Shown here in pieces: positions 11,208 through 24,267 of a stretch of 64,000 nucleotides of DNA (position 1 is the first letter of the stretch; the number at the start of each line of letters is the position of its first letter). The translations under genes were made by a program, and so were the position numbers. The notes under the pieces were generated by a model. That model was not told the origin of the DNA and did not search any database. It saw only the letters and a program-made list of their open reading frames with translations. This stretch comes from Octopus vulgaris (lineage: Eukaryota), in contig OX597819.1 of NCBI GenBank assembly GCA_951406725.2, forward strand, positions 65,782,001 through 65,846,000. Reading direction: 5' to 3'.

Positions 11208-12757
11208 CTAGCAGTATCGCCCGGCGTTGCTCGGGTTTGTAAGGGAAATAACTATATAAGCATTTTTAGAGAGTTATAGCCAAAAAATAGCAAAAAAATG
11301 CATTAAAAATTGAAAAAAAAAATTAAGGTAAATTTTTTTTTAAATCGTTGACACATCGTAGATATTTTTAGAGAGTTACTTCCCTTATATAAAAGCGAAA
11401 AAATGCATTAAAATGGAAAAATATGATGGTAAATTTTTTTAAAATCGTAGACTCATCGTAGACGCACGCTAATACCCAGAAGGGCTCGATATGAATCACG
11501 ACTATAAGATACCCGCTTTTGGTTAAACTGCACCGCAAAATGTGGGAGTAGTTAGGAATGTAAATCGTAGGAGACAGACACACAACTTCACTCTTATATA
11601 AAGATGCTTTTTTTTTTCAGTCATAGAGTTAGATTTATGAAGGTCTTCAGTAGAAAATCCTTCGAATTCTGACTCGCTGCTTGATATAATGAAATTCGTA
11701 TCCATTTTTTGTCAGAATTACAAATTTTGAAAACACAATAGGAACAAATTTCGGAAAAAAATCTTCCATAATTCACGGAATTAAAATTACACTTCGATTT
11801 TTGTACAAAACTGTAGTTGAAGTGTTTACGAAGTATAATACGTGTTTTCACGAATGTACTAAAGAGATTTGCTCTGATATTCTCATTTAAATATGAATAG
11901 GTAAATTCGGGCGGCTTGGTAACTATATATAAGTGTCGTCTGTTTATACATAAACACTGTTTCATACTGCAATTATATATACATATATCTATATATAATA
12001 TTATATAATAAAATATATACAGAGTAAAATAAAAACCAATTTACCTTTTCTGTCCGTCCGTGTGTCTTTGCAAATGTGTTGGAATGATAAGTGAGTTGAG
12101 TTTTGGCGCCTTTTTACTAATAACAAACACACACGTGTTTGTATGTAGTTGTATGTAGTTGTATATGTATGTGTATGCGTGTGTGTGAGGAATGACACAC
12201 ACACACTCACGCACGCACACATGTACATCAATGCTTTCGGAGTGATATGTTAAAATATTGAGTTTTCTCGAATTTTGTCTTAATTGGTGGTAAAATTGAA
12301 AGAAATTTTTTATGGCATCACCCACTGAAGTACTCTGAAAAATCTTAGGTAAATTCTAATTGAAGAAATTGTGTGAGGATTAAATGGTTATGTATTTATT
12401 TGTTTCTGTTTGCTGTGTTTTTTTATTTTTTGAGTAGTGGTTTAAATACTTTCAGTTTAGTCTTCCTCAAATCACTCTGTCGCTATTTACTTTCATTTTA
12501 TTCGTTGCCCACTGTGTGTGTGCGTTTGCGTGTGGTGTAAACCAGACTAAGAAAAGCATTTGACACACACACCAGAATGTGAGTTTTCTGTAAATTTTGC
12601 TTAATTGGAGTTTAAATTTTAAAAACTGGACCTGGCATGACGCGATGCATTCTACTCTTAAAATTGCTAGGTAAATTGTAATTGAAGAAATCCTATATTG
12701 TAGATTTCTATAACTCCCAAAGGGAGGCAGGTAAAATCTGCCTTTTATAATAAGAGA
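11208..12757 (-). mobile_element. Non-autonomous Helitron, tandem unit 1 (1550 bp)
   Basis: Minus strand starts TCTCTTATTATAAAAGG and ends CCCGAGCAACGCCGGG hairpin + CGATACTG + CTAG; followed by T on the minus strand. Confidence 0.9.
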
Positions 12758-14301
12758 CTAGCAGTATCGCCCGGCGTTGCTCGGGTTGTAAGGGAAATAA
12801 ATATATAAGCATTTTTAGAGAGTTATAGCCAAAAAATAGCAAAAAAATGCATTAAAAATTGAAAAAAAATTAAGGTAAATTTTTTTTAAATCGTTGACAC
12901 ATCGTAGATATTTTTAGAGAGTTACTTCCCTTATATAAAAGCGAAAGAATGCATTAAAATGGAAAAATATGATGGTAAATTTTTTTAAAATCGTAGACTC
13001 ATCGTAGACGCACGCTAATACCCAGAAGGGCTCGATATGAATCACGACTATAAGATACCCGGTTTTGGTTAAACTGCACCGCCAAATGTGGGAGTAGTTA
13101 GGAATGTAAATCGTAGGAGACAGACACACAACTTCACTCTTATATAAAGATGCTTTTTTTTTTCAGTCATAGAGTTAGATTTATGAAGGTCTTCAGTAGA
13201 AAATCCTTCGAATTCTGACTCGCTGCTTGATATAATGAAATTCGTATCCATTTTTTGTCAGAATTACAAATTTTGAAAACACAATAGGAACAAATTTCGG
13301 AAAAAAATCTCCCATAATTCACGGAATTAAAATTACACTTCGATTTTTGTACAAAACTGTAGTTGAAGTGTTTACGAAGTATAATACGTGTTTTCACGAA
13401 TGTACTAAAGAGATTTGCTCTGATATTCTCATTTAAATATGAATAGGTAAATTCGGGCGGCTTGGTAACTATATATAAGTGTCGTCTGTTTATACACAAA
13501 CACTGTTTCATACTGCAATTATATATACATATATCTATATATAATATTATATAATAAAATATATACAGAGTAAAATAAAAACCAATTTACCTTTTCTGTC
13601 CATCCGTGTGTCTTTGCAAATGTGTTGGAATGATAAGTGAGTTGAGTTTTGGCGCCTTTTTTACTAATAACAAACACACACGTGTTTGTATGTAGTTGTA
13701 TGTAGTTGTATATGTATGTGTATGTGTGTGTGAGGAATGACACACACACACTCACGCACGCACACATGTACATCAATGCTTTCGGAGTGATATGTTAAAA
13801 TATTGAGTTTTCTCGAATTTTGTCTTAATTGGTGGTAAAATTGAAAGAAATTTTTATGGCATCACCCACTGAAGTACTCTGAAAAATCTTAGGTAAATTC
13901 TAATTGAAGAAATTGTGTGAGGATTAAATGGTTATGTATTTATTTGTTTCTGTTTGCTGTGTTTTTTTATTTTTTGAGTAGTGGTTTAAATACTTTCAGT
14001 TTAGTCTTCCTCAAATCACTCTGTCGCTATTTACTTTCATTTTATTCGTTGCCCACTGTGTGTGTGCGTTTGCGTGTGGTGTAAACCAGACTAAGAAAAG
14101 CATTTGACACACACACCAGAATGTGAGTTTTCTGTAAATTTTGCTTAATTGGAGTTAAAATTTTAAAAACTGGACCTGGCATGACGCGATGCATTCTACT
14201 CTTAAAATTGCTAGGTAAATTGTAATTGAAGAAATCCTATATTGTAGATTTGTATAACTCCCAAAGGGAGGCAGGTAAAATCTGCCTTTTATAATAAGAG
14301 A
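12758..14301 (-). mobile_element. Non-autonomous Helitron, tandem unit 2 (1544 bp)
   Basis: Near-identical to unit 1; exact junction AATAAGAGA|CTAGCAGTATCG. Confidence 0.9.
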
Positions 14302-15846
14302 CTAGCAGTATCGCCCGGCGTTGCTCGGGTTGTAAGGGAAATAAATATATAAGCATTTTTAGAGAGTTATAGCCAAAAAATAGCAAAAAAATGCATTAAA
14401 AATTGAAAAAAAATTAAGGTAAATTTTTTTAAAATCGTTGACACATCGTAGATATTTTTAGAGAGTTACTTCCCTTATATAAAAGCGAAAGAATGCATTA
14501 AAATGGAAAAATATGATGGTAAATTTTTTTAAAATCGTAGACTCATCGTAGACGCACGCTAATACCTAGAAGGGCTCGATATGAATCACGACTATAAGAT
14601 ACCCGGTTTTGGTTAAACTGCACCGCCAAATGTGGGAGTAGTTAGGAATGTAAATCGTAGGAGACAGACACACAACTTCACTCTTATATAAAGATGCTTT
14701 TTTTTTCAGTCATAGAGTTAGATTTATGAAGGTCTTCAGTAGAAAATCCTTCGAATTCTGACTCGCTGCTTGATATAATGAAATTCGTATCCATTTTTTG
14801 TCAGAATTACAAATTTTGAAAACACAATAGGAACAAATTTCGGAAAAAATCTCCCATAATTCACGGAATTAAAATTACACTTCGATTTTTGTACAAAACT
14901 GTAGTTGAAGTGTTTACGAAGTATAATACGTGTTTTCACGAATGTACTAAAGAGATTTGCTCTGATATTCTCATTTAAATATGAATAGGTAAATTCGGGC
15001 GGCTTGGTAACTATATATTAGTGTCGTCTGTTTATACATAAACACTGTTTCATACTGCAATTATATATACATATATCTATATATAATATTATATAATAAA
15101 ATATATACAGAGTAAAATAAAAACCAATTTACCTTTTCTGTCCATCCGTGTGTCTTTGCAAATGTGTTGGAATGATAAGTGAGTTGAGTTTTGGCGCCTT
15201 TTTTACTAATAACAAACACACACGTGTTTGTATGTAGTTGTATGTAGTTGTATATGTATGTGTATGCGTGTGTGTGAGGAATGACACACACACACTCACG
15301 CACGCACACATGTACATCAATGCTTTCGGAGTGATATGTTAAAATATTGAGTTTTCTCGAATTTTGTCTTAATTGGTGGTAAAATTGAAAGAAATTTTTT
15401 ATGGCATCACCCACTGAAGTACTCTGAAAAATCTTAGGTAAATTCTAATTGAAGAAATTGTGTGAGGATTAAATGGTTATGTATTTATTTGTTTCTGTTT
15501 GCTGTGTTTTTTTATTTTTTGAGTAGTGGTTTAAATACTTTCAGTTTAGTCTTCCTCAAATCACTCTGTCGCTATTTACTTTCATTTTATTCGTTGCCCA
15601 CTGTGTGTGTGCGTTTGCGTGTGGTGTAAACCAGACTAAGAAAAGCATTTGACACACACACCAGAATGTGAGTTTTCTGTAAATTTTGCTTAATTGGAGT
15701 TAAAATTTTAAAAACTGGACCTGGCATGACGCGATGCATTCTACTCTTAAAATTGCTAGGTAAATTGTAATTGAAGAAATCCTATATTGTAGATTTGTAT
15801 AACTCCCAAAGGGAGGCAGGTAAAATCTGCCTTTTATAATAAGAGA
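14302..15846 (-). mobile_element. Non-autonomous Helitron, tandem unit 3 (1545 bp)
   Basis: Near-identical; exact junctions on both sides. Confidence 0.9.
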
Positions 15847-17378
15847 CTAGCAGTATCGCCCGGCGTTGCTCGGGTTGTAAGGGAAATAAATATATAAGCA
15901 TTTTTAGAGAGTTATAGCCAAAAAATAGCAAAAAAATGCATTAAAAATTGAAAAAAAATTAAGGTAAATTTTTTTTAAATCGTTGACACATCGTAGATAT
16001 TTTTAGAGAGTTACTTCCCTTATATAAAAGCGAAAGAATGCATTAAAATGGAAAAATATGATGGTAAATTTTTTTAAAATCGTAGACTCATCGTAGACGC
16101 ACGCTAATACCTAGAAGGGCTCGATATGAATCACGACTATAAGATACCCGGTTTTGGTTAAACTGCACCGCCAAATGTGGGAGTAGTTAGGAATGTAAAT
16201 CGTAGGAGACAGACACACAACTTCACTCTTATATAAAGATGCTTTTTTTTTTCAGTCATAGAGTTAGATTTATGAAGGTCTTCAGTAGAAAATCCTTCGA
16301 ATTCTGACTCGCTGCTTGATATAATGAAATTCGTATCCATTTTTTGTCAGAATTACAAATTTTGAAAACACAATAGGAACAAATTTCGGAAAAAAATCTC
16401 CCATAATTCACGGAATTAAAATTACACTTCGATTTTTGTACAAAACTGTAGTTGAAGTGTTTACGAAGTATAATACGTGTTTTCACGAATGTACTAAAGA
16501 GATTTGCTCTGATATTCTCATTTAAATATGAATAGGTAAATTCGGGCGGCTTGGTAACTATATATTAGTGTCGTCTGTTTATACATAAACACTGTTTCAT
16601 ACTGCAATTATATATACATATATCTATATATAATATTATATAATAAAATATATACAGAGTAAAATAAAAACCAATTTACCTTTTCTGTCCGTCCGTGTGT
16701 CTTTGCAAATGTGTTGGAATGATAAGTGAGTTGAGTTTTGGCGCCTTTTTACTAATAACAAACACACACGTGTTTGTATGTAGTTGTATATGTATGTGTA
16801 TGCGTGTGTGTGAGGAATGACACACACACACACACTCACGCACGCACACATGTACATCAATGCTTTCGGAGTGATATGTTAAAATATTGAGTTTTCTCGA
16901 ATTTTGTCTTAATTGGTGGTAAAATTGAAAGAAATTTTTTATGGCATCACCCACTGAAGTACTCTTAGGTAAATTCTAATTGAAGAAATTGTGTTAGGAT
17001 TAAATGGTTATGTATTTATTTGTTTCTGTTTGCTGTGTTTTTTTTATTTTTTGAGTAGTGGTTGAAATACTTTCAGTTTAGTCTTGCTCAAATCACTCTG
17101 TCGCTATTTACTTTCATTTTATTCGTTGCCCACTGTGTGTGTGCGTTTGCGTGTGGTGTAAACCAGACTAAGAAAAGCATTTGACACACACACCAGAATG
17201 TGAGTTTTCTGTAAATTTTGCTTAATTGGAGTTAAAATTTTAAAAACTGGACCTGGCATGACGCGATGCATTGTACTCTTAAAAATGGTAGGTAAATTGT
17301 AATTGAAGAAATCCTATATTGTAGATTTGTATAACTCCCAAAGGGAGGCAGATAAAATCTGCCTTTTATAATAAGAGA
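15847..17378 (-). mobile_element. Non-autonomous Helitron, tandem unit 4 (1532 bp)
   Basis: Near-identical with private variants; 5' TC terminus preceded by A on the minus strand (A|T target, no TSD). Confidence 0.9.
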
Positions 17379-17660
17379 TATATATAGACGCTAAATCGTC
17401 AATCACCACATACAATATACATCGCTATGAATACACGTCCTCGATTTCAGCAGAACGTGTAATTATAGTGATGTATATTATTTGGTGATTGAAGATTTAA
17501 AGTCTATTTCTCGGCATATTCGTATAGAAATTTCTTCTTTTGCCCTTATTTATAATTGTTTAAACTTTACACCTTAATGGTATTTTAATATGCTGGCCAC
17601 TTGAAATTTTTGAAAAATGTTAATCCTATATTAGAAGTATATATATATATCTTTTTTTTT

Positions 17661-17942
17661 CCTTTTACTTGTTTCAGTCATTTGACTTTGGCCATGCTGG
17701 AGCACCGCCTTTAATCGAGCAAAACGACACCAGGACTTATTCTTTGCAAGCCTATTACTTATTCTATCGGTCTATTTTGCCGAACCGCTCAGTTAAAGGG
17801 ACCTAAGCACACCAGCATTATCTATCGAGCGATGTTGGGGGGGGGAGCAAACACAGACACACAAACATTCACACACACACACATACAAATATATATATAT
17901 ATACATATATACGACGGGCTTCTTTCAGTTTCCGTCTAGTAA
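17661..17942 (-). mobile_element. tRNA-derived SINE family B, 3' portion
   Basis: Reverse complement contains GACGGAAACTGAAAGAAGCCCGTCG, an internal (TG)n, and the tail GGCGGTGCTCCAGCATGGCC...TGACTGAAACAAGTAAAAG. Confidence 0.85.
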
Positions 17943-18820
17943 ATCTTTAAATAATAAATCTATGGTATACACCTGGTAGATTATGGGTAAAACACGTGCA
18001 CTTTCATGGTATTTGTTAGTTATTTGATTAATGTGAAAGATGGAATATGGAAGTTACGAAAATGTTCATTGATCACTTCAATTGTTTCGACTCATCTACC
18101 ATCCATCCCTTGTGGGTGAGATACAGAGCAATTGGTTTAGGAGAATCTGTCGGTGTAGATGTGTCTCTTTAAGGGATTACCAGATGTATCACGTTAGAAT
18201 AACGCTTGTTCCACAAGCTTTCTTCTCGGTATGTGTATACGAAAGGGGCAAATTAAGAGATACAGATTCATTATCATAGAAGATCAATAAAAATCAGATG
18301 TGAAAAGAAACAAATACACAATACAGCGAAACAAAGTATCAAATATAACCGTTAGCAGATATGGTTGTATAAACGACCTCGTGTAGTTTGTATGGCGCAT
18401 ATACACTCGCTCGTGCAAACTTACACGAAGATATAAACATCCACACGCGGGTGTTTTGTCGCACATACACTCACACAGCGAATTGAATAGATGCTTTGTA
18501 TTGATAAGAATGGATAGATTACAATTAATTCATCCATATCGTGATGTAAATTATGGTTATTAATTAAGTTAACGATTACTCAAATCCATTTTCACTGCAT
18601 TGTGTGAAAGTGCATCTATAAGCATGTAAGCCTCTTCAGTCTTTCAGAAATCCTATTAATAATCTTCTCAGTGTTTCACAAATTAGACAGAAATTCTTCG
18701 GAGCAGAGTTTGCATCTCCTGGCAAGGATATTATACGGTTGTGCCTGCTTTATTATGACGAAGATATATCATATGTAAGTTTATCCTCGTTAAGTTGCCA
18801 AGCAGCCCTACGCACACACG

Positions 18821-18851
<31 letters not shown>

Positions 18852-19164
18852 GTATGTGTTTGTCTATATAATACATTCGGATATAAAATATGTGTATATG
18901 TACATGCATGCAGGTATACTTAAATAAATGCATATACTTGCATACATACATGCATGCATTTGCATAAATACATGCTTACATTTCATGGTGCGTATCTCTA
19001 TAGAATGTGAGTTTTGGAGAGTCTTGGTTCACGCGATTCAAATTTGAAGCCATTAACTATTGCCCCCAAGCGCTTGGTCTACCCTCTCTGGAAGAGAAGA
19101 CCCTTTCAATAGAACAAAAATTAATCTCCTGTATTTACCATATATATTTATATTTTATATTTTA

Positions 19165-19228
19165 TCTAGTTTCAGCTCACGAGCTGTGGGCATGCTGGGG
19201 CACCGCCATTCGCTGTGGCACCGCCATT
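19165..19228 (-). mobile_element. Extreme 3' end fragment of the CR1/L2-type LINE family
   Basis: Reverse complement AATGGCGGTGCCCCAGCATGCCCACAGCTCGTGAGCTGAAACTAGA matches 10904-10949; local duplication of GGCACCGCCATT. Confidence 0.8.
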
Positions 19229-19777
19229 ATATACATTTATTAATCACTTTTGTTCAAATACGCTTCTCGTATAATTATGTATTTGTGTGTGTATGTGTGT
19301 ATATGGGTGTGTGTGCGTGCTCCATACTTGTATATTGATCTATTTATCTATCTACCTAACTATCTATCATTCAATGTAACCATCTATGTATTTTTCTATC
19401 TGTCTCTCTGCCTGTCTGTCTATTCATATATAAATATGTATGTATATAGATCGAACAATCGATCGATCGATAGATAGATATGCAGATCAATATGCAACAG
19501 GTAATAAACACAGAGAGAGAGACACACACACGTATGAGTGTATACATGCGTGCACACGTTCATTCATATTTACATCCCCACACAAATGCGGTTCTGTCTG
19601 CAAACGAAACAACAAATGTACATGATTACAAGCAGAGTGAGCATATCTATACTTAGTAGAAATTGTTATATGTTAGCCAAGTAATCACAGTCCTATCTTA
19701 AGTGTATAAAACTCCGAGTATCAATGAACTAAATCACAAAATATTACAGACTACACTCATATCCATATATTTCCATT

Positions 19778-19848
<71 letters not shown>

Positions 19849-20146
19849 GCAAATTGAAATATATATGTACACATACAAATTGGAATATACATATGTGTGT
19901 GTGTGTGTGATATACGCGTGACGTTATGTTTTGGAGAACATATTTCATTCTGCTTCAGCTAATTTTCTTAAAAGCATAGAATGCATTCCAGAAATTACTT
20001 TCTGCTATAAGTAAGATATATAGAAGACAATTTCTTTTTCCTCTTCTCCTTTAAATTCCTACTCTTCTTGGCGAAAATAGACGAGAATATTGGAATCTTT
20101 TTAACAAACTGAATCATTCTGTGAAAATTGTGTCTTCGCTTAACTG

Positions 20147-20213
<67 letters not shown>

Positions 20214-20505
20214 TACACATATATATTCGGTTTTTACTATCCTATTTCTTCCACAAGTACACCTAGAAAATACTATTTGGAATCGAACTTTAACCTTTAT
20301 AACTTGCTTGTAGCATGAAAAATATATGTTTCGTCGTTGCTTCTTATTCAGCTTCCATTTTGAAATGTACTTTCACTTTCTTTCATGTTTATCCTTATTC
20401 AGTAGATTTGTTGTAAACTATTTACCTATCTCCGTTTCACTTTCCAGCATTTTATTTCTTGTTCACTTTATATATGTTTCCCACTTTATAGGTCACACCC
20501 TACCC

Positions 20506-20560
<55 letters not shown>

Positions 20561-21623
20561 CATGTGTGTGTGTGTGTAAACTTAGTGTGTCTTTCTCTCT
20601 CCTATAAATTGTTAGTTAATGTAACTTATCATTCTATGAGTCCCTGCTCTCTCATTCTCTCTCTCTCTCTCGATTCGCTTTCTCTCCTTCCATTCTCCCT
20701 CTCTGTTTTCTATTCGTTTACATGTCTTTTTGTCTCTCACTCCTTTTCAGCTTCTGTCACATTTTTACAAAACTTGTTTAGTTACCTTCACTCTGCAGTT
20801 CCCCCCATTTTACACATGCACAAACACACACAAATATTTGAATCAATTACATATCGCTGCATCACATTTTTTACCCTTCTCTCTCTCACGTCCATCCCTC
20901 CATCTATTTATCTCTATATGTCTCACCTACTATGCCATGTGATCACTATCTATCTATCACTTTATTTAAAAATATTTCTTTGTAAACATTTGTTGGTCTT
21001 TGCAATCTGACAATCTCATACCTCTGTCTTTATTTCTCTGTCGCTTACTCTTCCTCTCTCAGATACTCTTTCTCTCACCATTCTCTCCTCTATTGTTATT
21101 AATCCTCGCCACCCCATCAATCTTACAGAGTTCATCTTTATCTCCTATTCTCAATTTCTCTCGTACTTTTATCATCCTCATGTAAATCTAGTTTATCATT
21201 ATTTTCCCCGCAAATTTAAGCCCACACATATATACATATTTGCATTCATACATACATGCAAACATATATACACATATTAGTTTTGACGTTGTTGTATATT
21301 TCAAATGCACTTACAAATGTCCTGCGACATACACATGCATTCATCTCTATATGTGTGAACGTGTTTGTACATACATATTCGCGTGTATATACACACCACA
21401 CAAGCTCACAAAAAACGTGCACACACAAACATGCACACGAATATACGTCTACAATATTATCAAGGCAGATTTACATTTTCCTCAAAAATACGTCACACAT
21501 GCACGTATATATATATATATATTTATATTTCAAAAATTGAGGGTAAAATTAATTAATTATTAATCAATTTCACCAAGTATTCAGTATGCAAAGGGACCAT
21601 TTAAGGCGAATTCAAATTATTAC

Positions 21624-21918
21624 ATTATATAAAAGGGCTTAGTAAAATAAATTACTTTGCCACATACTGAACTCATTAGAAATAGCAGCTAAAAAAATTT
21701 TTTTTTAAACTATTTCTAATACTTAAAGAAAATCTCTCTCATATATAGTGTTTGCTCACTTCAACTCACCCCCATACTTTCGTGAGTTGAAGTGAGCAAA
21801 CACTATATATGAGAGAGATTTTCTTTAAGTATTAGAAATAGTTTAAAAAAAATTTTTTTAGCTGCTATTTCTAATGAGTTCAGTATGTGGCAAAGTAATT
21901 TATTTTACTAAGCCCTTT

Positions 21919-21926
<8 letters not shown>
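21624..21926. repeat. Near-perfect long inverted repeat (146/145-bp arms, 12-bp loop)
   Basis: 21624-21769 is the reverse complement of 21782-21926 except for one indel in a T/A run. Confidence 0.95.
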
Positions 21927-21959
<33 letters not shown>

Positions 21960-23279
21960 CATACTAACAAGCATGTACCTCTATATGTGTTTGCGTATAT
22001 ACATAAACTTATATCCATATAATATGTATGGATGTATGCCTCTATATACGTCTCCATTAACAAATATTTTCCTTCCCCATGATGAGAAGTTTCTCATTCG
22101 AAATCGAGGAATGGAAGAATAACGCCTTTTATAAAACGGATGATAGATTCAAAACATGGAATAAAAAGGATATTTCAATCACAATTCGTTATGATTGAGG
22201 ACTCTTAAAACAGTAAACTCTACCGACATACAAGCAAAGATACGCTTCAACTATATCCGATTTGCTCTCTAAATCTTCGTGAATTCTAAATAATGGAATA
22301 GCGCTAGTTTGTGACATATTAGTCTGGTATTCTTACCAGTTTTTGACATTACATACAAGGCAATTGATATTTATATTCGTAAAATTTCGCAATTGATAAA
22401 TCATATTGTCTTGCAATAGAACGGAGAAACTTTGTTGGCAAGAATACGCTCAAACACTTGCCAGGAAGCGATTTGCTCACTGAAGTTAAGTATTAAAATC
22501 CGTGGTCTGCGTTGGCAAATAATAACTAATAGTTCCTGCACGAAATGTGAAGATGGTCATCTGTCTCACAACGAAAATAGTTCTTCCATCATGTATCCAT
22601 TTGTGCTATTTGGGCATTCTTCTGTGTACCTGAATATCATAGAAAAATATAGGCAGGAATTTAAAACAATTTAAACAACACTGCGACAAGATCTTTTATT
22701 TAGTTAAATGTGGGAAATAGGGTTCGGAAAAAAACACGTAAAGATAATACTGTGTTAGTAATAAAACTGATCATTTTGAAATTAAATAAATAAAAGAAGA
22801 AAACTCCATACGACGGATTAATTGGAATTAACTTTCGATTGTGTTCTTCATGTTTACTGAAGAATTATAAATGGAATAACTGTACCCAGTGAGAGAACTT
22901 AACAGCCTGAAAGGAGGGTGACTAACCAAATTTCCTATAATTAAACACGATATGCGGGAGCTATAAAGGGAGGTAAGTGTGTTATTTATGAGTCATTTAT
23001 AAAAAAACACAATGTTCAGTCTCCTAATCTATTTAGGAGTTATCAGTTAAAAGGGAAGCAAAATATATGCAAATTAAACCATTTATATCTGACTTCTATG
23101 TACTTGTTGCTGTTATGTGTGTTTGTGTGCGCGCGCGTGTGTGTGTGTATGCACGCGTTTGTGTGTGTGTCTGTGCGTATGTTTGTATGTATACAAACAT
23201 GAAAGAGTTAATGAGGCGAAAGAGGCGGCAACATGCGGGGGTAACTATAGACAACTATTGTATTTGCCTAACCAAGAAA

Positions 23280-23460
23280 GTCTTGACGTTTCTCAAGTTC
23301 GACCTTCATCAGTAGAAAAACAGAAAAGGAAAGATTAAAGAATGAATGAATGAAGAAAGAACCTGAGAGGATGAAGTGCAGGAATTAGAGCCAGGTAAGA
23401 AAGAAGTTCCCAGATGGCATTTAGAAAAGGAGTAAGAGACGTGTTTTGCGTTCATGTATA
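23280..23460 (-). mobile_element. Possible Penelope-like 3' relic with decayed hammerhead
   Basis: Minus strand has HLGTSFLPGSNS (cf. GIY-YIG C-terminal LGTLxPxGLN) followed by CTGATGAAGG...GAAACGTC; stem II is broken. Confidence 0.35.
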
Positions 23461-23864
23461 CAGATAGGTATTGGGGAGGTGTGTGTTTGTGGCTTTATAG
23501 ATTCGTGTGGTTACTTTGGGGTTGGGGTGTAAGTGCATAGGTTTGGACATGGCAGTGTAGTTCCGTGAGAGAGGATCGTCTGTTAGTTTAAGCTATTTTA
23601 TATGAGAAGGTTAGAAGAAGAGGAGGAAGTAGTGGATTCGAGACTGAAAGGAACTGACACGAAAAAACAGAACGTGGTATCTAAAGAAAACACTGTTGAT
23701 AAAGGACGCAAAGAGTTTAAAAAAGTAAAGTGCAAAAGGATAACATTGGTATAGAGCCTGTGGATTTTACGTAACGAGTTTGGTTATGCTCTGTAAGAAA
23801 ATTCCGGAAAAAGTAAAAGCAGATAAAAGAATGCAGTGTACTTCAATATATACACACGCACACG

Positions 23865-23895
<31 letters not shown>

Positions 23896-24055
23896 GTATG
23901 TGTATGTATGTGGGTGGGTGTGAGTGAGATAGAGAGGGTATCATTAAATGTTATTTCGTCCTACTGTTGATATTTGTTAATGTAAAAGAAACCAACAATT
24001 TATGCATTTATAATTTGATTTGCGAATGTTTACAGATCTGCTTTCAGTCCCCCCT

Positions 24056-24090
<35 letters not shown>

Positions 24091-24267
24091 TGTTCTTGTT
24101 TGTATTATATTACATTTGTTCGAAGTAATGTTAAGGTCACCAATCTCAGTACACATCCTTCCACAATCAGTTAAGGAAAAGGGCACATGCTACAATGTTT
24201 GTTAACCATAATAGCACACAATATACATGAACAATATCTATTTATGCAGTATTTATGCTATATTTAT

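Noticed and set aside
11368-16954. Repeated short ORFs as a tandem gene cluster
   Set aside because: They recur only because the Helitron unit repeats; indels change them between units, and no Rep/helicase motifs are present.
22150-22680. Possible GIY-YIG/Penelope relic on the minus strand
   Set aside because: Only isolated residues (INCLVC) fit; too weak to call.
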